64,000 nucleotides of DNA. Source: Spirochaetaceae bacterium. GTDB taxonomy: Bacteria > Spirochaetota > Spirochaetia > DSM-2461. A program made the translations under genes and the position numbers. Location: assembly GCA_051531975.1 (NCBI GenBank), contig JAOPTT010000006.1, forward strand, positions 558,977-622,976, written 5' to 3'. The notes below the pieces were generated by a model. The model searched no databases. It was not told the origin of the DNA and saw nothing but the letters and a program-made list of their open reading frames with translations. Below are positions 51,318 to 60,746 of this stretch, in pieces. Numbering within the stretch: position 1 is the first letter of the stretch; each line of letters begins with the position of its first letter.

Positions 51318-54116
51318 TTACAAAATACAATTTGTACAGGTTATATGAAGCGAGTCAAAGTCTTTTTTAGGTCGAATTAGTTTCATACTATCCAACGACT
51401 TAAAATCATCACAGTTTACACAACGACCAGTCCAATTTGAAAGATCAATCTCCAAGCCTCTATCAGCGGGTAGAATATGTTTACAACCAGTTCTTTGTCG
51501 TATAGCATCAACCATCTCAAACCGAGCATCACCTAAACCTTCCCAAAACTCACCTACAATATTCCATTCTGCTTGTACCTCTTTAATTATACCAATAGTT
51601 CCCCAGTATCCTAAATGCCAGTCTTTTTGTTTCCAGTTACCATCTGACGGCTGCTGAATATTCAATTCTGTAGAATCTGGTTGACTCATATTAGCCACTA
51701 GTAGATCACAATTACCAAGGTGATTTTTTAAATCTGAAGAGTATTCCGAGTCACCTGTATATCCAATTCTAAAAATATTTTCATCATCTTTACTCTCAAT
51801 ATCTTCAAAACAATCAATAGTAAAACCAATAGACGATTGACAATGTTTCACTTCAAAAAAACAAACCTCAATTGGAATATTTTTTCTATTACATATTCTA
51901 TGATTATAAGTACGATCAGTTTTTGAATATGCATTAGATGGATCACAATACCACTTTCTTCTATAGTCAGCTTCATCAAGCTTAACGTGGTCAGAAGTTT
52001 CTTTATCACAAATCAAAGTATAACCATAATTTTCAGAGGGATATCGTTTATCCATTTCATAGAACAACGTGTCTATACTTTTTAAATCCTGATTATGGTC
52101 AGGGTGATTATGGCTAACTAAAACAAGATCAATATCTTTTATATGGAAACCTGCTTCATGAAAGTTCCTCACAAAGTCAAACCCAGGGTCAATAACAACC
52201 CCATATCCATTCCACTTAAAAAAATAACCTCCTCCTCTACTATCATTCCCATCAACATTAGGTACAAGACAAACTGATGAACTAGTTTCTCTTAAAATAT
52301 AAAAACGGCAATCTTTAGATTTTTCTAAAACTTCTTTAGATTTATTCTCATGATACTTTGAATAAATATCCTCTTTTTTTTCTGAAATTTTATTAGCAAG
52401 TTGTTTTTCAATACTTATTATTTCAGATACGTCAGATGATACTTTAGAAGATTCTTTTGGTATAACATTTTCTTTTTTCTCAATTTGTTGGTTCAGTAAA
52501 GCAGTATCAGATTTACTAAGTTTTTTACCTTTAAGATTTGATATTTGTAGTTGTATAATGTCGGCATTTGATGAGTCATTATACTCTACAAAAAATTTGT
52601 ATGCCTTTATATAGCTATCTATAGCTTTATCGTTTTCAAGCTTATTCTTAAACACAATCCCCATGCTAATGTATACGGTCCCATATTTTTTGAAATTAGG
52701 ATCATCAAGAGCTTTCTGGTAATACTCTATAGCTTTATCATAGTCACCCTTATAATTGAAAGCACTACCCAAATTATGTAATACAGATCCAGGATTATCA
52801 TTACTAGGATCATCAAGAGCTTTCTGGTAATACTCTATAGCTTTATCATAGTCACCCTTTCCACTATAAACATTCCCCATGCCATTAAATTCATCACTAG
52901 GAGTATCGTTTTTAGGATCATCAAGCGCTTTCTGGTAGCATTCTATAGCTTTATCATAGTTACCCTTTTTATTATACGAATACCCAATCCAATATAAATC
53001 ATAACTAAGAGTATCGTTTTTAGGATCATCAAGTGATTTCTGATAATATCTAATAGCTTTATCATAATCTCCCTTTTTACTATAAACATTCCCCATGCTA
53101 CGTAGATCAATATAAGGTCTATCGTTGCTAGGATGATCAAGAGCTTTCAGGTGATACTCTATAGCTTTATCATAGTCACCCTTTTTACTATACGAATTTC
53201 CGATGTTACCTAAAGTAAGATAAGGAGTATCGTTTTTGGGATCATCAAGTACTTTCTGGTAATACTCTATAGCTATATCATCATCACCCTTTTTACTATA
53301 TACAAACCCCATACCATTAAATTCATCACTAGGAGTATCGTTTTTAGGATCATCAAGTGCTTTCTGGAAGCATTCTATAGCTTTATCATAGTCACCCTTA
53401 CTACTAAAAGCAAACCCCATAGGACTCAACACATAACTTGGCCTATGGTTGTTAGGATCATCAAGAGCTTTCTGGTAAAACTCTATAGCTTTATCGTAAT
53501 CACCCTTCTCATCATATGCATACCCCATACTACGTAATGCAATATAAGGACTATCGTTACTTGTATCATCAAGAACTTTCTGGAAATATGCTATAGCCTC
53601 ATCATAATCACTCACATTAATGCAAGCATACCCCATGCCATATAATTCTTGACTAGGATTACTATTGTGAGGATCATCAATCGCTTTCTGGTAGTACTCT
53701 ATAGCTTTATCGTAGTCACCTTTTTCACTATACGAATACCCCATGAAACGTAATGCAATATTAGGATTATAGTTCTTAGGATCATCAAGTTCTTTCTGAT
53801 AATATTTAATAGATTCATCATAATTTTTATCATTAGATTCTATTGATTTTATTAAAAAAAAAGCAAACTCTTTATTAATTAAATTAGGTTCTTCAAGAAC
53901 AGAGTAAATTATATCTTTAGCTCTTGAAGGATCACTACTTTCAAGTTCCCCTGCTTCCGCCAGTTTCTTATCTACGATATATCCTGTTTCCTCAGATAAT
54001 GCTATTACTTCTTTCCAAAGTTTATTTGCCTTGACAGAATCATGGCCTATTATCTGAGTAGCTCTAGCTTCTAAAACAAGTTTTTTATATTGAGTTTTAT
54101 ATGTATTACTATCCAT
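51318..54116 (-). CDS. TPR-repeat protein fused to an MBL-fold metallohydrolase and C-terminal Zn ribbon
   Basis: About 12 36-aa TPR-like units; IDPG, SHNHPDH, VKH, YTGDS, HLG; terminal CVNC/CTNC. Confidence 0.88.
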   Translation of the reverse strand: MDSNTYKTQYKKLVLEARATQIIGHDSVKANKLWKEVIALSEETGYIVDKKLAEAGELESSDPSRAKDIIYSVLEEPNLINKEFAFFLIKSIESNDKNYDESIKYYQKELDDPKNYNPNIALRFMGYSYSEKGDYDKAIEYYQKAIDDPHNSNPSQELYGMGYACINVSDYDEAIAYFQKVLDDTSNDSPYIALRSMGYAYDEKGDYDKAIEFYQKALDDPNNHRPSYVLSPMGFAFSSKGDYDKAIECFQKALDDPKNDTPSDEFNGMGFVYSKKGDDDIAIEYYQKVLDDPKNDTPYLTLGNIGNSYSKKGDYDKAIEYHLKALDHPSNDRPYIDLRSMGNVYSKKGDYDKAIRYYQKSLDDPKNDTLSYDLYWIGYSYNKKGNYDKAIECYQKALDDPKNDTPSDEFNGMGNVYSGKGDYDKAIEYYQKALDDPSNDNPGSVLHNLGSAFNYKGDYDKAIEYYQKALDDPNFKKYGTVYISMGIVFKNKLENDKAIDSYIKAYKFFVEYNDSSNADIIQLQISNLKGKKLSKSDTALLNQQIEKKENVIPKESSKVSSDVSEIISIEKQLANKISEKKEDIYSKYHENKSKEVLEKSKDCRFYILRETSSSVCLVPNVDGNDSRGGGYFFKWNGYGVVIDPGFDFVRNFHEAGFHIKDIDLVLVSHNHPDHNQDLKSIDTLFYEMDKRYPSENYGYTLICDKETSDHVKLDEADYRRKWYCDPSNAYSKTDRTYNHRICNRKNIPIEVCFFEVKHCQSSIGFTIDCFEDIESKDDENIFRIGYTGDSEYSSDLKNHLGNCDLLVANMSQPDSTELNIQQPSDGNWKQKDWHLGYWGTIGIIKEVQAEWNIVGEFWEGLGDARFEMVDAIRQRTGCKHILPADRGLEIDLSNWTGRCVNCDDFKSLDSMKLIRPKKDFDSLHITCTNCIL
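52580..53867 (-). repeat. 108-bp intragenic tandem repeat (about 12 copies) encoding TPR units
   Basis: Recurrent GGATCATCAAG..CTTTCTGG...CTATAGCTTTATC at 108-bp spacing. Confidence 0.9.
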
Positions 54117-54128
54117 TCAACTAGTCCT

Positions 54129-57100
54129 TTAAATATCGATTTCTCTCATAGGCAAACTAGAATCAGGTATTTTACTAATTGTTTTCTTTCCAGGACTTTT
54201 AGTTCCTTTTATGTGCTTTGCATTAATCATTTTCATCAGATACCCCATATCTTTGATATTTTTGTCAGTAGCAAAACTAAATCTATATTCGTAGTGTAAA
54301 GTTCTCATGAGATCATAAATATAAAATGAATTTTTATCTACTTTTGTTATATAATCTTGTAAAACTTTTTTCCAATTTAGAGGACGCTTTTTTGCTATTA
54401 GTAGTATAATATAATGAGCTCTGGTATAATTTTTTTCTGCTAATAAATGGTCTATTAGTAATGGACCAATTTTTTGTGAAAATAAATCATCTTCATACCA
54501 TCCAATAATATTTGAAGGTATCTCTATAAGCATGGCTCTTATTCTTTCTTCTCTAGTTTTACCAAAATCACCAACAGCAATAAATTTGATGTCATCAAAT
54601 GATGCAAATCCTTTATCAGCAAGTAAAGGTAATAATACTTGTAAAATATGCCCTACTTGTATCATTCCACCTGTTATAGATTTAAGAATATCCTCTTTTA
54701 AATTTGGATCAGAATAATCACTATTTCTCAGTGCTTTTGATGCAGCTGTCATAGTCATCATCATATTGTGTAATGTATCACTATGTAGTATGTTTTTAAT
54801 TTCTTGATCATAGGGTTTTTGAGCATCATAATATTTATCGGCATATCGATCTTTTATTGAATTGGGAAGATTAGAAGATGAAACGTTATCTACTATTTCT
54901 ACTTCCATTTGTTTTAACGCTTCTGGACTTGGTTTCCACTCTATGTATTGATAAGGATCAAAAGATTCAGGAAGGTTACATTTTGTTTTAACAGCATCAC
55001 GAGTTGAATTTAAATCTTCCATTAAAACTACTAAAGCATCATCTCTTCTCCTATCTATACCTGTATAAAACTCTATAACTTCAGGGAAATTAACATATAT
55101 CTTTTTATCAAATATAAATAATGCAAAATCTTTATCCTGGTGCATTCGTAATGCTAAAAAATAATGAATCCAATAGGAAAATCTAAAACAAAAATTACCT
55201 TCAAATATAACAAATATATGATTATTAAATAATATTTCGAATATCATATCTATATCTAAACTCATTTTTCTTTTCTGACAAAAATTATTTATTGTTTGTA
55301 TAAATTGCTTCTTTGTAAAAAAATATGAATCAGATCGAAGTAACGTTTCACAGAAATATCCTAATACAAATTCACAGTCTTTCATGTCAGGCTGTATCTT
55401 ATATGTTGGTAAAACTTCTGTATTAAATAATATGTAAAGTACTCTACTAAGGATTTCCGTTCTATTAACAGGGCTTTCTTCAAATTTTATTTCTGAAGCT
55501 TTTAAAATTGTTATACAATTTAGAGGCGTTCTGTGAATATTTAAAGTCTCTAAATCTGAAACGATTCTAGATGTAACAGCATCTTCATCGCCAATATGTG
55601 TACAATTATTATACCCATTAACAACGCATCTAATATTTTCTCGAGATAATGACATTAGATATAGACTTTCAAAAGATCTTTCATATTGATTCCCAGAGTT
55701 AAATAAACTAAAATTTGCTATTGTATTTAATACAATTACAGGAATTTCTTTATATGTATTTGCTAGAGTATCTAGAAGTCTTTTAGATCCTTTATCTCCA
55801 GAATTCCAAGAATCAAGAATAATACAACTAATATCTTCTCCTTCAAAACCAATTATATCTAATTCTTTCCGTACTTTTCTTTTTATATTTGCTTCTGATG
55901 GTTTTAGAGATCTTGAATCTAAAAACAACCATAATTTACCTTCATTAAGTTCCCATGCAATTTTTGATAAATATCTTCCAAGACAAGTTAACCCAAACTG
56001 AGGTGGGGCATTTATAATAAGAGATCTAGGATTAGCAATTATATCTTCAGGAGTAATTTTTTTTGAATCGGATTTTTTTTCGTCCAATTCACTTACATTT
56101 GATAAACTAGGTGTAACCCAAACTGGTGTTTGTGTTGAATATAAAGATAAAGATTCTTCAAATTGATTTTTTAAATATTTACTAATTATTGCATTAGTTA
56201 TTTCTATGCTATGAGTATATGAACTCTTTATATTTCCAATCTGTTTTATATTTAATGTTCCATCATCAGAAGATGAAAAATCAACTCCACTTACAAAGTT
56301 GTAACCTTTAGACCATTGGCGGTAAATAATTTTATCAATAATAGTATCATCAGAAATTTTAATAATGGAATAACCAAGTTTATCACTTTTATCAGTAAAT
56401 AAAGGTGGTGCTGAAAGTCTTATTAATTGATTGTCTTCTGATATATGATGAAAAAATGATTGATCATGAGCATGCCCAGATAGAAGTAAACAATAACTGT
56501 TCTTTAGAATAATTTCTAACTCTCTCCGAGACCATTCTGTAAGCCAGTCTAAAGGATGATGTAATACAAATATCTTTAATTTAGACTTTGATTCTTGCAT
56601 CCAAATTTGAATATCTCTAGTATTAATACTTAGTCTTCCTTGATCAGCCATATTCGCTTTAGCATGCTTCAACCCACCAATACTAAGAAAAGAAGAATTT
56701 ATACAATATAAACCTATTGCATCACTTAGATCCCAACCCGAACCCGAAAAAGATTTTAGTGATAAACCAAAATTAGCAAATTCACTTTCAAATGCCTTGT
56801 AATTGTTTAGTTTAAGTTTAAAAACATCTGAAGGATTATTACAATAATCATTAAAATCTGTTTCAGATAAATATTGTGATATAATACCTTCATGGTCTGC
56901 CTTCTTAGAAGATATATGTTTGGTAGATAAATCATGATTCCCTGGAACACATATTCTAAAGTTTTTATTTATTCCTAAATTGGAAAGTTTAGAATCAAAT
57001 AGATTTATAAATTGATTATATGCATCTATATCATCTCCACTTTGTACAATATCTCCTGAAATAATTATATATTTATCTACTTTATCAAACTCTTTTAATT

Positions 57101-57206
57101 GTTTTTTAAGATCATCAAAAAATGAATTGAATACTAGTCCATGCTGTTCTTCCCAGTTTGTTTTATAGTGTATATCTGAGATATGAATAAATAATTTTTC
57201 TTTCAT
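54129..57206 (-). CDS. Calcineurin-like metallophosphoesterase fused to a STAND-like NTPase with degenerate Walker A
   Basis: SDIH, SGD, PGNHD, LHHP, GHAH; APPQFGLT and CIILDSW; RTPL and F.F..S.W..YF.A STAND-like motifs. Confidence 0.8.
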   Translation of the reverse strand: MKEKLFIHISDIHYKTNWEEQHGLVFNSFFDDLKKQLKEFDKVDKYIIISGDIVQSGDDIDAYNQFINLFDSKLSNLGINKNFRICVPGNHDLSTKHISSKKADHEGIISQYLSETDFNDYCNNPSDVFKLKLNNYKAFESEFANFGLSLKSFSGSGWDLSDAIGLYCINSSFLSIGGLKHAKANMADQGRLSINTRDIQIWMQESKSKLKIFVLHHPLDWLTEWSRRELEIILKNSYCLLLSGHAHDQSFFHHISEDNQLIRLSAPPLFTDKSDKLGYSIIKISDDTIIDKIIYRQWSKGYNFVSGVDFSSSDDGTLNIKQIGNIKSSYTHSIEITNAIISKYLKNQFEESLSLYSTQTPVWVTPSLSNVSELDEKKSDSKKITPEDIIANPRSLIINAPPQFGLTCLGRYLSKIAWELNEGKLWLFLDSRSLKPSEANIKRKVRKELDIIGFEGEDISCIILDSWNSGDKGSKRLLDTLANTYKEIPVIVLNTIANFSLFNSGNQYERSFESLYLMSLSRENIRCVVNGYNNCTHIGDEDAVTSRIVSDLETLNIHRTPLNCITILKASEIKFEESPVNRTEILSRVLYILFNTEVLPTYKIQPDMKDCEFVLGYFCETLLRSDSYFFTKKQFIQTINNFCQKRKMSLDIDMIFEILFNNHIFVIFEGNFCFRFSYWIHYFLALRMHQDKDFALFIFDKKIYVNFPEVIEFYTGIDRRRDDALVVLMEDLNSTRDAVKTKCNLPESFDPYQYIEWKPSPEALKQMEVEIVDNVSSSNLPNSIKDRYADKYYDAQKPYDQEIKNILHSDTLHNMMMTMTAASKALRNSDYSDPNLKEDILKSITGGMIQVGHILQVLLPLLADKGFASFDDIKFIAVGDFGKTREERIRAMLIEIPSNIIGWYEDDLFSQKIGPLLIDHLLAEKNYTRAHYIILLIAKKRPLNWKKVLQDYITKVDKNSFYIYDLMRTLHYEYRFSFATDKNIKDMGYLMKMINAKHIKGTKSPGKKTISKIPDSSLPMREIDI

Positions 57207-57628
57207 ACAAAAGCACCTTTTTAATAAATATAATCACTCATACAAAATTATATTCATTGAGTTTTAATTTTTTATCGATCTTATTTGTTTAAAAATCAAG
57301 ATCTTTGTAAAGAACACTTCTGACCAAATAAAATAGTTTAATTAACAAAGTTTAATTAACAAAGTTTTATCGATGAATTAAACCTTCTGATAGTTATTAA
57401 TTTAATCTTTTTTGAAGTTTATCTAAATATTATATATACTTTTATTAACTAAAAATCAGCTCTTATGAAAAGCCAAGAACATAATTAACACTAATATTTT
57501 ATATTAACTTATATAGCCTATTTAAAAACAAAATCGGACCAAAATGTAACTTTTATATAACTTTCTATACGTATAACTTTATTTTTTTATTAAGTAATGT
57601 TATCTATCACTGCTAAAAGGAGAGGTCA

Positions 57629-57949
57629 TTGCATAAAGTCTGCATTATAGATAACAAATCAGAGTTACCTGCTTATAGAGTTAGAGAATATTTAGATAAT
57701 TTATACATTGATTGCTTTATATCAAACAGAAGTAGTGATGGGAATATTGATATAAAACTATTTGTTAGTGATAAAGATGAAGTATTAGCTAGGACTCTTC
57801 TTGAAACGGCTGATTTCATAAAGGTTAAGGATGGTTGTCCTATGTGTGGTGCATCTAATGATATAGTTGGATCTAACATAATATATAAATTGTTTCATAT
57901 AAAAAGAAAACATAGTAATTCTTGTCGATATTGTAGATTTAAATGGTAA
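57629..57949 (+). CDS. DUF2007-like protein with Zn ribbon
   Basis: AGGAGAGG RBS with TTG start; L....I.CFI...IKLFV...D...AR pattern; CPMCG and CRYC. Confidence 0.6.
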   Translation: MHKVCIIDNKSELPAYRVREYLDNLYIDCFISNRSSDGNIDIKLFVSDKDEVLARTLLETADFIKVKDGCPMCGASNDIVGSNIIYKLFHIKRKHSNSCRYCRFKW

Positions 57950-57996
57950 TAATGTATTAAGTTTTTCTCCTAATATCTGAATTATACACTTTCAAC

Positions 57997-58182
57997 CTAT
58001 ATCAGGCTAAAACCAAACAGATTATGAATACTTAACAAATCTTTTCTACTTGGAGTTAAATCTCCGTTTTCCCAGCTCTTAATAACTTCTACAGGTCTTT
58101 TTAGGTTTCTAGCAAGTAAGTCTTGTGACAGTCCGTTTTTCAGCCTTATTTCTTTAATACTAATACTTCTTCTTACTGCCAT
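57997..58182 (-). CDS. XRE/Cro-family HTH regulator
   Basis: IKEIR...GLSQ..LA..L......I.SWENG...P; GGGAGGG RBS. Confidence 0.85.
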   Translation of the reverse strand: MAVRRSISIKEIRLKNGLSQDLLARNLKRPVEVIKSWENGDLTPSRKDLLSIHNLFGFSLI

Positions 58183-58326
58183 AATCCCTCCCTGTAAAAT
58201 TGTTGCTATATGATATTATATGGGGTTACTAATGTCGATAAGATTGCATATCATATTTAGGAAATTTTTATAAAGTAAGTTTTTTATCTTTTGGGAATAT
58301 TTCTATTTATCAAATAGTACCTTCAA

Positions 58327-58608
58327 CTAATTTTTCTTACGCACCCAATGAGAATCAATAGAAACCCTTGAAGCTTTCCAGCCTGGACATAGGTCGGCAA
58401 CATCTAATAAAGTATTATCAATATTTATTACTTCTTGCATTCCTAAAACTCTTCCATCTTTTTCGTCATCAGTTGTACCACAAAAAAATCCCCATGAATG
58501 ATCATCAATATAATGAATAACTGACAATATTGGAAAACCATCTTCTAAAACCTGTTTTGTAGTTATAGCTGCTGAATTTTGGGGTTGATCAAATTTCCAT
58601 TCTAACAT
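58327..58608 (-). CDS. DUF2185/Imm33-like small protein (orphan immunity-like)
   Basis: T.QVL..G.PI..V.H..DD.SW.F.CG, L.PGW.A.R pattern. Confidence 0.55.
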   Translation of the reverse strand: MLEWKFDQPQNSAAITTKQVLEDGFPILSVIHYIDDHSWGFFCGTTDDEKDGRVLGMQEVINIDNTLLDVADLCPGWKASRVSIDSHWVRKKN

Positions 58609-58720
58609 TAATTTCTATCCTTCAATGTATTATATCATCCACCACAAGTTCCACAAGCTTTACCTACTTCACTATCTGTAAATATCCATTCTTGACCCAT
58701 ATGTATATGAAAGAATATAA

Positions 58721-58752
58721 TACATCTCCCAGGGAGGGAGATGTACTTTTTT
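58721..58752. terminator. GC-rich hairpin, possible terminator
   Basis: TACATCTCCC-AGGGA-GGGAGATGTA followed by a T run on the + strand. Confidence 0.5.
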
Positions 58753-58863
58753 ACTTTTATTAATTTCTGCTGTAATCAAAAGAATAAAAACACAGACTAT
58801 CATCAATTAAGCGGTGATCCATCTGTTTACACATTCAGCAGATGGGTCCTTTATGTGTTATGT
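58745..58863 (-). repeat. Degenerate attC-like repeat copy
   Basis: CAAAAGAATAAA.ACAC..ACTATCATCAATT...GGTGA...ATCTGTTTACA...GTCCTT.ATGTGTTA shared with 60667-60744. Confidence 0.6.
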
Positions 58864-58933
58864 AGAAATGATTTTTATATATATCTTAAAACAAGCGATT
58901 TATTCCATAAGAAAATTCAATTGTTTTATAAAT

Positions 58934-59734
58934 TTAAATCATAGAAACTAATTTTTCCATATCAATCAGTTCTATAGAAGGTTTAACTTTTTCAGCAAAA
59001 TCAATGGCTGTTCTAGTAAAACCAGAATAACTGACGAATAAGCCACAATCAGCATTATTAGAATATAAAGCTCCAAGAAATTTCTGTAATTGACTTATAG
59101 AAACTTTATTGTTTATTGAATATTTTTTTACTTCTACTAATGTTTTATAGTAGCTTTTATAATTGTGCAATAAAAAATCATAACCATAATTATCAATACC
59201 AGAACTTCGAAGTATGTTTTGGTATTTCTGTTGAAAGATTCTATAAATAATACCTTCAAATTCTCTTCCATTCAAATCATCTATTAAGTTTATATTGTTA
59301 TAGTAGTTAAGAAAATAATCCTTATAATTATTTAACATCTTTGATTTTGTCTCATTTTTCTTTATATGAATATTCTCTATGAAGTTGATTATTTTTGATT
59401 TGACATCGTAATTTAAATATTCCGATTCAATTAAATTTATTAATCTTAAATTTGGTATTAATTTTTCATGATAATCTGTTACTAATAGAATTACCTTATT
59501 CTTACCAAGAGCATAACCAATTTCAAAAATTACATTTGGATCATTCTCATAAAGGAAAGCTATTACAATATCAGATTGGTTAATATTTTCAATCGTATTA
59601 TTTTCTGTACTGATATTTGAATCAATTTGATTATTGTAGTTAATGTCATAATTAAAGTTATCCAATTCAGATTTCAAGTCATACATATATTCTAAATGAT
59701 TTGTGGACATTGATATATAGATCTTTTTCTTCAT
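58934..59734 (-). CDS. NDT/TIR-like domain fused to Mrr-type restriction endonuclease
   Basis: SDIVIA...PNVIFEIGYA..KNK.I (nucleoside 2-deoxyribosyltransferase-like); GREFE, D.GYD, VEVKKY (Mrr_cat); ATG 59734 overlaps the upstream TGA. Confidence 0.8.
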   Translation of the reverse strand: MKKKIYISMSTNHLEYMYDLKSELDNFNYDINYNNQIDSNISTENNTIENINQSDIVIAFLYENDPNVIFEIGYALGKNKVILLVTDYHEKLIPNLRLINLIESEYLNYDVKSKIINFIENIHIKKNETKSKMLNNYKDYFLNYYNNINLIDDLNGREFEGIIYRIFQQKYQNILRSSGIDNYGYDFLLHNYKSYYKTLVEVKKYSINNKVSISQLQKFLGALYSNNADCGLFVSYSGFTRTAIDFAEKVKPSIELIDMEKLVSMI

Positions 59735-60582
59735 GATAATCTCCCTAAAGCTCTTGTAATTGACCAAAAATTATACAGTTCATCTAGTAATAACTCCTTA
59801 TCTTCAGAACTATCGGTACCATAATTTGTATAAGTATCCAAAGTTAAAGTGCATGAATTATATTTTCGCTCTAAGATTTTTTTTATTTTTATATCTAAAT
59901 TTGCAATTAACGATTCAGATGATTCAATCTTTGTTTTATCGACTTCCAAATAAGATCGCTTGATATTAATATTCCAACCATTACAGGTACTATGAGTCCA
60001 TTGACCAGATACAACTTTAAAAACTTTTCCATCTTGCAATATTGAATCAATAAAATGTTGGACTATCTCTGCAAACTCAGTTTGACTCCACACCACAGCA
60101 CCTAATTCTTGTTTTGATAATCTATCCATATCATATATAAAAAGCATACCATCATCATTTAATCTTATAAATGATTCAAAAATTAAAGTTGCTAAAGATT
60201 CAGAATCTACTTCATGTATAACATTTGTAAGAGATATCAAATCGAATTTTTCCTGGGGTTGAAGAACACTATGAAAATTCTTTAATTCACCTGTAATAAT
60301 ATCTGATTTGTGTAACTCTAAAGATTCAATTTTCTTTCTAACTAATTGTAAATAATCATCTCGAACGTCGTATCCAGAGTAACTGATTTTCTTTGTATAT
60401 ATTGGATCTATGTTATTGTCCAAATTGGATATTATTTGTCCTTTTCCACATGCTAAGTCTAACCAATTATAAGTTGTAATCCTTGGATCTTGTAATGTAT
60501 CCTGAATTAGAGTGAGTATAGCTTGGTGTTGGGGAAACTGCCTTTCCTTATCTAACACTGCTGAAGAATCATTGATTGGCAT
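59731..60582 (-). CDS. Class I SAM-dependent methyltransferase (non-DNA type)
   Basis: WLDLACGKG, GYD, FDLI...NVIHE, L..DG.LFIYD; no NPPY/DPPY. Confidence 0.8.
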   Translation of the reverse strand: MPINDSSAVLDKERQFPQHQAILTLIQDTLQDPRITTYNWLDLACGKGQIISNLDNNIDPIYTKKISYSGYDVRDDYLQLVRKKIESLELHKSDIITGELKNFHSVLQPQEKFDLISLTNVIHEVDSESLATLIFESFIRLNDDGMLFIYDMDRLSKQELGAVVWSQTEFAEIVQHFIDSILQDGKVFKVVSGQWTHSTCNGWNINIKRSYLEVDKTKIESSESLIANLDIKIKKILERKYNSCTLTLDTYTNYGTDSSEDKELLLDELYNFWSITRALGRLS

Positions 60583-60608
60583 TATTTTTTCCTTTATTAA
60601 AACGGTAT

Positions 60609-60746
60609 GGATAACATATTAAATCTCTTCTTGTAATAATTCATCAACTTTTTATATTTTTCTACAGCAAAAGAATAAACACAAACTATCATCAATTCTG
60701 GGTGAAATCTATCTGTTTACAGCTGGAGTCCTTATATGTGTTAGAT
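60609..60746 (-). repeat. attC-like site, best-preserved copy
   Basis: Minus strand ATCTAAC contains the upstream gene's TAA stop; ends GTTATCC 26 bp before the next ATG; imperfectly complementary arms. Confidence 0.6.

Noticed and set aside
51095..51370. 91-aa + strand ORF between CBS-HEPN and TPR-MBL
   Set aside because: Antisense to and overlapping both neighbours, low-complexity AT-rich composition, no RBS.
52580..53867. Diversity-generating retroelement or CRISPR-like repeats
   Set aside because: In-frame coding TPR units; no reverse transcriptase or template repeat seen, and variation is not obviously adenine-specific.
58741..58944. 67-aa + strand ORF
   Set aside because: Overlaps the non-coding repeat and hairpin; no protein-like features.
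478..59963. Numerous 60-150 aa ORFs antisense or nested within long genes (e.g. 3376-3747, 9569-9898, 18272-18718, 52943-53140)
   Set aside because: Shadow ORFs of well-supported genes, without motifs or RBS.
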